Assembly (NCBI GenBank): GCA_902520385.1 | Contig: CABYOB010000002.1 | Location: 5,842 to 69,841 of the forward strand | DNA from: an uncultured Bacteroidota bacterium | GTDB taxonomy: Bacteria > Bacteroidota > Bacteroidia > Flavobacteriales > TMED113 | Direction of reading: 5' to 3' | DNA length: 64,000 bases | Shown: piece after piece, positions 40,154-50,300 of the stretch | How positions within the stretch are numbered: position 1 is the stretch's first letter | Layout: every line of letters starts with the position of its first letter | Program-made: the position numbers and the translations under genes | The notes under the pieces: model-generated | Told to the model about the DNA's origin: nothing | Databases searched by the model: none | The model's input: the letters and a program-made list of their open reading frames with translations, nothing else

Positions 40154-43100
40154 TTATTCTTTGATGTATACTCTTTCTATACTACCATCATCGTAAATAT
40201 ATAGTAACATCACATCTTTCTCATCTCCATTAACATCTCTTCCAAGCATATCCGTTATTCTAACTAATTGCTTTTGAGTAGTTAATTCAGATCCTAAAAT
40301 GATTTGTCCTGCTATACTTATTCCATCTGTGGTATAGAAACCAACACCTTCTGACCACCTTACATCAAGAGAGCTTTCAAATCCTGTTTGAGAATTCCAT
40401 AATTTAAAGCTGATTGATTCTCCTTCTGCTATTCCATCCTTCTTATCAGTAGTTAAATCATCTCCCCAAATAGTAAGAGCAATATGATCTCCTTGGAAAG
40501 TAGTGCTTCCAATTAGTTCTCCATCTTCTCCATAAGCAGCTATTTCATCTCCAATAGTTGGAGTAGACTCCCATGAATTAAGTGGTAAACCAATAATCAT
40601 ATTGTTTCCTGTATTAGCAGGCTCTTCAAAATAAACAGGTCTCTCAGTATAAACATCACCGTATCTAGCTCCGCCCCCTGCAGGATAAGAGAAATTCCAT
40701 GAACCAGCTAATTTAATTTGATACCCTTGACCTGGTGACAAATCACCAATATTGTTCAATGCAAATTGTGGCCAATAAACATTACCCCAAGAATCCTTCA
40801 TTATAGTTAAATTACTAGAATTCATAGTTGACATCATAGATTCAACTGAGTAAGGCTCTTGGTGTAAATAACCCATCATATTCCATCCATTAACTAAATT
40901 AAAGGAAGCATCAAAAGGGATTAAGTCTCCTTCAATAACTAGTGTATTTGCTGAACTCATTTTTACTTGATAACCTTTTCCAATTTGTATAGAACCTATA
41001 CTGTTTAAATCAAACGAAGGCCAGTAAACGTTTCCTCCCTCATCTTTAACAATTACTAAGTCATTTTCAATATTGTTAAATAGATTAGGCATAGTTGCAT
41101 CCTCAGGAGATATGTACGTTGACCACATACTCCAACCACTAACTAAATCAATACTTTGAGAAACTTGTTGTTCTTCAGAATCACAAACCCCATTAGAATC
41201 AGCATCAATACACTGACATTCACACATTTCCGTGTATGTACAAGTAGCTAAATTAAACTCTGTCCACGTAACTAAAACTTCTGTTTCAGTACATGGTAAA
41301 CAATCAACAACAACAGTAAATGTCTCTAAACAGTTGCCATCACAATCATATCCTGTTGCAGGATATTGACATGAACCATCATCATCTGTAGCGTCAGAGT
41401 TATAATTACACGCCACACCTCCATTTGTAGATGAATCTCCATCAGTACAACCTAAAATTACTGGACATTCTGTATCATGTGAGCCTAAATAAGTCCAAAC
41501 ATCTTGATCTAAAACTATCCACTCTGAATCATCCTCAGTAGTACCAGCTGAAGCTATCCAATCTGTATTACCTTGTATAATTCCACATTTTCTAACAAGA
41601 GTTTGATCTTTTGTTCCACTTGAATTTCCAGCCACTGCCCAAGCAGAACCTGGATCACCATTCCAATCTCCAATCCAATCTAATACTACAAAATTTGGAG
41701 TAGATGTAGTGGAAGAACAATCCCAGTCCAAGTTAGTAGTTTCTCCAGTGAAGAAATCTGTATAACTAGTTACACCATTTATTTGTGCTAAGCAAGGATT
41801 TGAATATTGCACACCATCACAGCCAATTACAGGCGCCATTTCCATAGTACATGGAGCAGTTGGATTAACCCAATCTGGATTTATACATGATTCAGAATCA
41901 TTACAATCCTCTGAAACAACAGAGTATCCTTCAAATCCATATACAAGAGCATATCCATCATCTCCATTACTTAAGTATTGATGAGTTTGGTCAGCAAGCT
42001 CTAAAATAGCTGCATCAGCGCTTGGATGAGCAATAATATAAACGTCCCCTGGTGCTATTTCTGCATCTTGCGGAAATGTGTTCCAGTACTCATATTCACC
42101 TAAAACACTTGGCGCATTTGACACACTTGGAAATGCATACATAGATAAACTAACTGCCTCTGTTCCTCCATTATAAATTTCTAAATATTTATTGTTTGAA
42201 GAACCTTCAGCATACTCAGAAAAAAATAAATTATCAGGAACTAGCTCTAAAACACATGTTCCATCATCCTCTGTTGCAGTATCATCATAATTGTAAGCTG
42301 ATGAATTTGTGCATCCTAAAATTATTTCAGGACAATCATCACATGATTCCCAACAAACTGTTGGTATAACCATATCCTCACTAGGAGATACAATCCTGTC
42401 ATTTCCATAAGCCCCACCTGCACAAGGATATAATGCTGAACAATCATATAATCCTGTTTCTTCATTAAATGAAAATGCACTCTCACCATCTAAACAACCA
42501 TCTTCATAAGCACCGCCTGAAGCATATCCTGTTTCATCCACGGATGTATTGAAGTTATAACCATACTCATATCCAGATGATAATTGTAAAGTATAAGTAA
42601 ATACCATATCACCGTCAGAATCATCCATTTCATACCAATCACTAGGATTGTATTCTCCATTAACAGTTCCTACTCTTACCCAAACATTTGAAGCTTCCTC
42701 TACACTCATATCTACAGATACTGTAACATTAACTAAACATGATGATCCATCTCCATTACATTCCCCACAGTCATCAACTAACGCAGAACCTCCACAAACC
42801 CCTAAACAGTCATCAACTTGACACGAGCCATCATTAAATTCTGCTTCAGAATTGTAATTACAAGCAGCTTGATCCATACAGCCATATATTGGGCACTCAA
42901 CATCATGAGAACCTAAATTCGTCCAATTATCTTGCTCACATGATGTTGATTCCGCATCGCAATTTGCTGCTGAATCATCATATCCTAAAACAATCCATTC
43001 TGAATCTTCTGTACTTGTTCCTGCAGAAGAATTCCAATCCGTATTACCTTGTATAATACCGCATTTTCTAACAAGAGTATGATCTTTTGTTCCTTGAGAA

Positions 43101-46100
43101 ACTCCAGCTACATCCCAATATGTATAATTTGCAACATCTCCTATAACATCCAATAATGTGTTTGTAGGAACGTGTATTATTCCTTGTGCATCATTTCCAT
43201 TATGATATAATGTTCTTGTTTCATTACATAATGTTTGGTCTCCAGCAAATTCCGTATGACAAACAGTATATACAGAACCTGGAGCAATAGTTGCTCCGTC
43301 GGCAAAATTTGTAAAATATTCCCAATCATCACATGCATTTGAACAATTTACAAATTGGTAGTAAGATAAATCAACAGTTTGATCTGTTGGGTTGTAGATT
43401 TCAAAATATTTATTGTATGACGAACCTTCTGCATATTCTGAATAAAATAAAGCTTCAGGACCGCAAGAAGTATTATCTCCATTACATACTCCACAAAGAT
43501 CTAACTCAGCTGAACCACCATATTCACCAGCACAATCTGCTTCACAATCATTTGACGAGTCATTATCACATGTTCCACATTGATCAATAACAGAATCGCC
43601 ACCATAAATACCTGCACAATCTGCTTCACAATCATTTGACGAGTCATTATCACATGTTCCACATTGATCATAAACTGAATCACCACCAAAAACACCTGCA
43701 CAATCTGCTTCACAGTCATTAGTTGGATCGCTGTCGCACGTTCCACAATTATCTAAAGTTGAAGAACCAAACATCATTCCAGCACAATCTAAACAAGATG
43801 TGTACTCACAATTACCATCATCATCTGTTGCTTGCATATTATAATTACATGCTGCATCATTCATACATCCTGGAACCTCAAATTCATCACAAACACCATC
43901 ACCATCATTATCATTAATACATGTAACAACACCATTTTCATCCGGGCAATTATAAAATTCAGTAGCATAAGTACAAGAGCCATCATCTTCAGTTGCTGCA
44001 TAATTATAGTTACACGCTACACCACCGTTAGTTAATGGATCATTGTCAGTACAGCCTGGCGTGCTACTGCAATTTGCATTCCAATAAGGATTAAAAAAAG
44101 ATCCATTCTCATCAAGTCCTGCTAACCAAATCTCGTTAGATGAATCAACACCAACCCATACCTGACCAAGTGTTGGTGGCAATAATGATTGTATTGTATT
44201 ACCATATGGGCCAACATTACAATCTGAAATTCCAACATACGTAGCAGAACCTAATTGATAACAGTAAGGAATTTGACAGTCACCACAGTCATCTACTATA
44301 CCACAAGTACCATTATCAATAGTTGCATCAATATTATAATTACAAGCCCCGGAATCAGTACAGCCTGGAACATCAACAACTACAGGACATGTAAATATAT
44401 GAATACCTAAGTCGTCCCAATAATTTTGATCATACACAACCCATTCTGAATCATCTGCAGTTGTTCCTGCTGAAGAAGTCCAATCTGTATTACCTTGTGT
44501 AATTCCACATTTTCTAACAAGAGTATGATCTTTTGTCGCATTTGCAACTCCTGCTACTTCCCAACCACTACCTGGATCAGCACCAATTTGACCAAATACA
44601 TCAAGTAATGTATTTGTTGGTGTATGAATTAACCCTTGGGCATCATCACCATTATGGTATAATGTTCTTATTTCATTACACAATGTTTGATCACCCGCAA
44701 ATGAACTATGACAAACAGTATATACAGAACCAGGGGCAATAGTTGCACTATCAGCAAAATCGCTATTATATTCCCAATCATCACATCCATTTGCACAATT
44801 TACAAATATATAATCGGATAAATCTACTATCTCATCTGTTGGGTTATAAACCTCAAAATATTTATTTTGTCCTGAACCCTCTGCATGTTCTGAGAAAAAT
44901 AATGGAGCTGGACTACAAGATGTGTTATCACCATTACATACTCCACATTCATCTACCACTGAATCACCTCCACAAACACCTGCACAGTCAACTACTACAT
45001 CACCCCCCCATGTTCCTGCACAGTCCTGTATACAGTCATTTAAAGCATCAGCATCACAAGCTCCACATTCATCTACTACTGAATCACCTCCACAAACACC
45101 TGCACACTCTACTACAGTTCCATCACAATCACATGCACCTTCAGCAATACCATCACCATTACATACACCACATTCATCTACCACTGAATCACCTCCACAA
45201 ACACCTGCACAGTCAACTACCGATGAAACAACAAGTGATACACTAGCAGATTGTATATTTGATTCCCATCCACCATACCATGGATTTGAACTTGTTACAG
45301 CAACATAATAACCAGCATTAATTACAATAGAAGTACTTAAGCTTTCCGTATAATTTTCATAGTTAGAACCGTCTGTACTGTTTTCATAAATCGTTGCAAA
45401 AGTTTCTACCACATTACCATCTGCATCAAATAGTCTTACTCTAGCATTAGATTCACTACTAGTACCTCCCCAACCTTGATTATTCCAATTAATAGAATAT
45501 TCTACATTATTCAATACATACCCTATATAATCAGAAAGAGGAATTGTAAGGTAAGTTAAAGTTTGTCCATCCTCATTAATTAATTCATAACTTTCACTAG
45601 CTGTAAGATCTGCTTCACAAGAAGAAGGTAATGCGTTACCATCACAATCAAATCCTTCAGCTGCTGCTGCGTTTCCACAACCACAACCTAAATCTTCTGC
45701 AGTTCCACCACATACACCTGCACAGTCTTGACCACCTAAGTTATTACCATCACAATCTGTACATGCATCTACTGGATACGTACATGAGTTATCTTCTATA
45801 TCCGCTAATTCGTTATAATTACATGCATCATTATCCATACAACCTACAATTGCGGGGCAAGCATCACATGACTCCCAACATACAGTCTCTAAAAGAAAAC
45901 TTCCATCATATAAATATAAAAACCTATCATTTCCATAATTTCCACCAGCACAAGCATTAAGCGTAGAGCCTGACTCGTATCCATAACCATCACTATTATT
46001 AAAATTGTAGCCATAGTCAATGGCTGTAAATAAAGTCATTGTTGCTGTATAGATCATGTCCCCATCTGCATCATCCATTACTACCCACTCACTTGGATTA

Positions 46101-47086
46101 TATACTCCATTTTCTGTTGATGTTCTCACTTTAATTTCATTTAAAACGCCATCGGTTTCTATAACACCCTCAACACTCATATCAACAGAAAAAGTCACAT
46201 CCACAGTACAAGTAGAATTATCTCCATTACACACTCCACAATCATCAATTACTGCATCACCATTACAAATACCTGCACAATCGAATGCACCCACACAATC
46301 ATCAACATCATCACAAACACCATCTTCATCTACATCATCACACATTAAAGTATTCACACAGCCCGTATTTTCATCACAAATATCAATTGTATTTGGATCC
46401 CCATCATCACACATTAACGGCTCACCATCAACACATAGTTCATCAATAGGATCCCACACCTCATAACCATTACAAATATTTCCATCATCACAAATCACCT
46501 CTGTGTCATCAGAACAATCCCAACTAAAAGGATCAAATCCTTCAGGAGCGTACTGATTTCCATCACCACCACCACTATCGTTATCTATATTCCAATCTGC
46601 CTCAATCCATACAGAAGAAGCTGAAGTTTGACAAGCTCTTTCCGCTCTACCATCTTCAAATTCATGACCAGTGCCAGAACCATCTGTTCCAGGCGTTCCA
46701 AATAAATCTATAATAGAACCATCTGGACCTAATAAAGCTATATTATCGTCACCATTAGAATCGGCAGGACCCCCTGTTCCAATATCCTGACTAGCCTCCA
46801 TTCCATAAGTTGCTAAAAATTTATCAGAGTTATTACACACTACATAAAATCCTCCGGCAGTAATCGTTCCAGTTAAAGAAACAGCAGACTGTGGGTCTGC
46901 ATTATTGTTAGTCCAACGCTGTAAAGCATAATCCTGCAAATCCACTTCCTCTGTTCCTGGATTATGTATTTCAATATACCTTCCAGCATCATTAGAATTT
47001 TGAGGATCTGTTATTTCAGTAATCATTAAACTTTGTGCAATAACTACGTTACCACATAAAAGTAATAGGGCAATTAATTTTTTCAT
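40154..47086 (-). CDS. Giant secreted acidic Cys-rich mosaic protein with four lamin-tail domains (2310 aa)
   Basis: Signal peptide; 4 LTDs; CAGVCGGD/DECGVCNGD and GCTDxxACNY repeats; two VTFSVDMS...CWESC modules; Kazal-like insert; short T9SS-like tail DMLGR...IYDDGSIER. Confidence 0.82.
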   Translation of the reverse strand: MKKLIALLLLCGNVVIAQSLMITEITDPQNSNDAGRYIEIHNPGTEEVDLQDYALQRWTNNNADPQSAVSLTGTITAGGFYVVCNNSDKFLATYGMEASQDIGTGGPADSNGDDNIALLGPDGSIIDLFGTPGTDGSGTGHEFEDGRAERACQTSASSVWIEADWNIDNDSGGGDGNQYAPEGFDPFSWDCSDDTEVICDDGNICNGYEVWDPIDELCVDGEPLMCDDGDPNTIDICDENTGCVNTLMCDDVDEDGVCDDVDDCVGAFDCAGICNGDAVIDDCGVCNGDNSTCTVDVTFSVDMSVEGVIETDGVLNEIKVRTSTENGVYNPSEWVVMDDADGDMIYTATMTLFTAIDYGYNFNNSDGYGYESGSTLNACAGGNYGNDRFLYLYDGSFLLETVCWESCDACPAIVGCMDNDACNYNELADIEDNSCTYPVDACTDCDGNNLGGQDCAGVCGGTAEDLGCGCGNAAAAEGFDCDGNALPSSCEADLTASESYELINEDGQTLTYLTIPLSDYIGYVLNNVEYSINWNNQGWGGTSSESNARVRLFDADGNVVETFATIYENSTDGSNYENYTESLSTSIVINAGYYVAVTSSNPWYGGWESNIQSASVSLVVSSVVDCAGVCGGDSVVDECGVCNGDGIAEGACDCDGTVVECAGVCGGDSVVDECGACDADALNDCIQDCAGTWGGDVVVDCAGVCGGDSVVDECGVCNGDNTSCSPAPLFFSEHAEGSGQNKYFEVYNPTDEIVDLSDYIFVNCANGCDDWEYNSDFADSATIAPGSVYTVCHSSFAGDQTLCNEIRTLYHNGDDAQGLIHTPTNTLLDVFGQIGADPGSGWEVAGVANATKDHTLVRKCGITQGNTDWTSSAGTTADDSEWVVYDQNYWDDLGIHIFTCPVVVDVPGCTDSGACNYNIDATIDNGTCGIVDDCGDCQIPYCYQLGSATYVGISDCNVGPYGNTIQSLLPPTLGQVWVGVDSSNEIWLAGLDENGSFFNPYWNANCSSTPGCTDNDPLTNGGVACNYNYAATEDDGSCTYATEFYNCPDENGVVTCINDNDGDGVCDEFEVPGCMNDAACNYNMQATDDDGNCEYTSCLDCAGMMFGSSTLDNCGTCDSDPTNDCEADCAGVFGGDSVYDQCGTCDNDSSNDCEADCAGIYGGDSVIDQCGTCDNDSSNDCEADCAGEYGGSAELDLCGVCNGDNTSCGPEALFYSEYAEGSSYNKYFEIYNPTDQTVDLSYYQFVNCSNACDDWEYFTNFADGATIAPGSVYTVCHTEFAGDQTLCNETRTLYHNGNDAQGIIHVPTNTLLDVIGDVANYTYWDVAGVSQGTKDHTLVRKCGIIQGNTDWNSSAGTSTEDSEWIVLGYDDSAANCDAESTSCEQDNWTNLGSHDVECPIYGCMDQAACNYNSEAEFNDGSCQVDDCLGVCGGSALVDDCGECNGDGSSCLVNVTVSVDMSVEEASNVWVRVGTVNGEYNPSDWYEMDDSDGDMVFTYTLQLSSGYEYGYNFNTSVDETGYASGGAYEDGCLDGESAFSFNEETGLYDCSALYPCAGGAYGNDRIVSPSEDMVIPTVCWESCDDCPEIILGCTNSSAYNYDDTATEDDGTCVLELVPDNLFFSEYAEGSSNNKYLEIYNGGTEAVSLSMYAFPSVSNAPSVLGEYEYWNTFPQDAEIAPGDVYIIAHPSADAAILELADQTHQYLSNGDDGYALVYGFEGYSVVSEDCNDSESCINPDWVNPTAPCTMEMAPVIGCDGVQYSNPCLAQINGVTSYTDFFTGETTNLDWDCSSTTSTPNFVVLDWIGDWNGDPGSAWAVAGNSSGTKDQTLVRKCGIIQGNTDWIASAGTTEDDSEWIVLDQDVWTYLGSHDTECPVILGCTDGDSSTNGGVACNYNSDATDDDGSCQYPATGYDCDGNCLETFTVVVDCLPCTETEVLVTWTEFNLATCTYTEMCECQCIDADSNGVCDSEEQQVSQSIDLVSGWSMWSTYISPEDATMPNLFNNIENDLVIVKDEGGNVYWPSFDLNSIGSIQIGKGYQVKMSSANTLVIEGDLIPFDASFNLVNGWNMMGYLHQEPYSVESMMSTMNSSNLTIMKDSWGNVYWPQFALNNIGDLSPGQGYQIKLAGSWNFSYPAGGGARYGDVYTERPVYFEEPANTGNNMIIGLPLNSWESTPTIGDEIAAYGEDGELIGSTTFQGDHIALTIWGDDLTTDKKDGIAEGESISFKLWNSQTGFESSLDVRWSEGVGFYTTDGISIAGQIILGSELTTQKQLVRITDMLGRDVNGDEKDVMLLYIYDDGSIERVYIKE
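43531..43760 (-). repeat. 84-bp tandem repeat (about 3 copies) encoding DCAGxxGGDSVxDQCGTCDNDSSNDCEA
   Basis: CACAATCTGCTTCACA at 43531, 43615 and 43699. Confidence 0.85.
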
Positions 47087-47134
47087 TTTATTATAATAAA
47101 TAAGTTAATAAATAGGGTTAACTAAAGAGTAGCT

Positions 47135-47328
47135 CAAATATAACAATTATTTATCTTTTTTCTTGGCTACTCAATCACTAAAGTTATCAACTGTTTGTGA
47201 GAAAATTGTTAATTAATTGTTAATCCTTAATTAAAAACCTGTTTGTTACTTATCAGATGCTTTTGTATATCTTTTTTTGCTTATTTTTATAGCCGGAAAA
47301 TGACTTGGGGATTATTTTACTAACTTTG
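47135..47328. promoter_or_regulatory. Divergent Bacteroidota promoters of the two giant secreted-protein genes
   Basis: TATATTTG on the - strand (47135-47142) and TAACTTTG on the + strand (47321-47328); both match TAnnTTTG. Confidence 0.6.
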
Positions 47329-47393
47329 TTATTAAAAGAGAATGCATCTTAACTCTTTAGTAGCCCCAAATTGTATACATTAAATAAAAAAAT

Positions 47394-50300
47394 ATGAAAG
47401 GATCTTTCAAATATATTGCCTTGTTATGCTTCTTTGCTTTAACTAATTCAATTTACTCTCAAGACTGTGATGATTGCACATCATTATATAACGCAGCTTT
47501 AGGTTGTATTGCAAATGGAGTATGCGATGACCCAAGCGCATCAAACTATTGTCCCGCAGACGCATACTTTAATTCTGGGCCAGAGTTATGTCAATATAAT
47601 AGCGGTTGCTTTTGTGAAGGCGCTTTAAACTTTGGATCTAACGATGACTGTATATTTGAAGAGGGTTGCACCTCTGATCCTTTAGCTGCAAATTATATAG
47701 ACTGTTCTAATAGTACTGTTCTGACAGAAGTTTGTTTGTCTGGTGGCTGTACCTGCCCTCTATCTTTTAATTATGACCCTAGTGCAGATGTAGATGATGG
47801 ATCTTGTATTATTGTTAGTGGAGGATGTTCAGACTCTGAAGCTGTTAATTATTCTGGAGATGAATGTGCAAACTCTAATTTTATCGCTGAAGATTGTCAA
47901 TACGAAAATGTCTCTTATGATGATTTAGTTTGGGAGTTTACAAATACTGGCTCAAACGCTACCATTGCCTTTAGTAACCCAGCAATATCTTTTAATGGAG
48001 ATGTTATGCCAGATGGGGCATTACTTGGAGTTTTTTTTACAGATGATAATGATAACTATGCTTGTGGAGGATATCAAATTATTGATAATAGTGAAGGAAA
48101 TCAAGCAATTGCCGCATGGGGAGCTGAAACAGGTCTTGATAACGGCTTTGCAATAGGCGAAGAGTACACTTTGTTTGTTCAAATTTATGGCCAAACATTT
48201 ATTGCCGATGCTGTAACATGGAACACAACTGCACCATTCACCAATTCATATTCATTAAATGCTTTTGGACAAATAGTCTCTGCAACTTTTAGTGGTGAAA
48301 TCACTGGCACACCTGGTTGCACAGACCCTTCTGCAGCAAACTATAATTCAGAAGCCACTTTAGACGACGGCTCTTGTTATAACTTAATTTGGGAGTTTAC
48401 AAATACTGGCTCAAACGCAACTATTGTTATCAACTCGCCAGAAAACATAACCATTAACGGTGATCCTTTACCGCTGTGTGCCACTATAGGCGTTTTCTTT
48501 GTTAATGACTCTAATCAATATACATGTGGTGGCTACACAGAATGGACTGGTGAAACGACATCTCTTGCCGCTTGGGGAACAGAAACAGGTCTAGATAATG
48601 GCTTTGCAGATGGAGAAAATTACACCTGGTTTTTACAAATTGGGGATCAAAGTTTTCCCGTTGATGAAAATGGAGCAAGCATGAACACAACCCCTCCTTT
48701 TTCGGATTCATATGCTTTAAATGGTTTTGGAGAACTTTTATCTGCAAATTTTATAGGACAATTTGATGATCTTATTTACGGCTGTAACGACAATAGCGCA
48801 TGCAATTATAATTCAACCGCCAACTGTAATGATGGTTCTTGTACTTATCCTGAAACAGTATACGACTGTAATGGTGACTGTAACAATGATGTTGATGGTG
48901 ATGAAATATGTGACGAGCTAGAAATTGAGGGTTGCACAGACTCAACTGCCTGTAATTATAATCCTGATGCAACTGATGAAGGAGATTGTTATTTCCCTCC
49001 GCAATATTATGACTGTACGGGAACGTGTATAAATGATATAAATGAAAATGGGATTTGTGACGAATTAGATGATCCAGGCTGTACAGACTCAACTGCTTGT
49101 AATTACGATGATAATGCTTCCGCTGATGATGGCTCATGTGTCTATCAAACTACTTGGTATTTTGATACGGACGGAGATGGACTAGGAGACTCAAATGGTT
49201 TTTCTATGGAGGCTTGCTCCGATCCCTCAGGTGCATTTGGAACTTTTGCTGACAATAATAATGACCCTTGCCCAAATGATATAGAAAATGATGCTGATGG
49301 TGATGGTGTTTGTGAAAGTGATGAAGTAGCGGGTTGTGAAGATGAGAACGCCTGTAATTATAATTTTTTAGCAACAGAAGATGACGGAACATGTACTTAT
49401 CCAACAGAAACCTTTCTTGATTGTAGTGGATTCTGTTTAAATGACAGTGATGGAGATCAGATTTGTGATGAACTAGAATTACCTGGCTGTACTGATTCTT
49501 CAGCTTGTAACTTTGATATAAATTATACAGATGATGATGGCTCATGTTATTACATATCTATATGGTACGAGGATGTCGACGGGGATGGTTTGGGTGACAA
49601 TGAATATCCTGCTGAGTCTTGTGATCAACCGGAAGGATTTGTTTTAGACAATACCGACAATTGCCCAAATGATGTAGATAATGATATAGATAATGATGGG
49701 GTATGTGAAAGTGATGAAATATTTGGATGTACAGATGAATTTGCATGTAATTATAACAACGATGCCACTGAAGAAGATAATTCTTGTACATATTTAATCA
49801 CAAATTGTGATTCTTGCGAAAATGGCATCGTAATTAATAATGATATAGATAATGATGGCATATGTAATGATGATGAAATACCTGGATGTACTGACATTTC
49901 TTATGTTGAATTCAACCCTGAAGCCACAGACGATGATGGTTCATGTTCTATATTATCTTCTTCGGGTTGTACAGATGAAGAAGCTTGTAACTATAGTCCA
50001 GCAGCTACGGAGGATGACGACTCATGTACATACCCAGAAGAAACCTACTTAGATTGTAATGGCAATTGTAGTAATGATACTGATGATGATGGTGTTTGTG
50101 ATGAAATAGAAGTTTTAGGTTGTCAAGATTCTACTGCTTGTAACTATAATGAGAATGCTACTGATGATGATGGTTCATGTTTTTATCCATCAGAAACATA
50201 CTTAGATTGTCAAGGGAATTGTTTAAATGACACTGATAATGATAGTGTTTGCGATGAAATAGAATTTGTAGATTGCACAGACCCTTTAGCATGTAATTTT

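Noticed and set aside
43333..46466. His/Ser/Thr-rich + strand ORFs opposite the 2310-aa gene
   Set aside because: Antisense shadows of GAT/TGT/GGT-rich repeat codons, with no independent start signals or family motifs.
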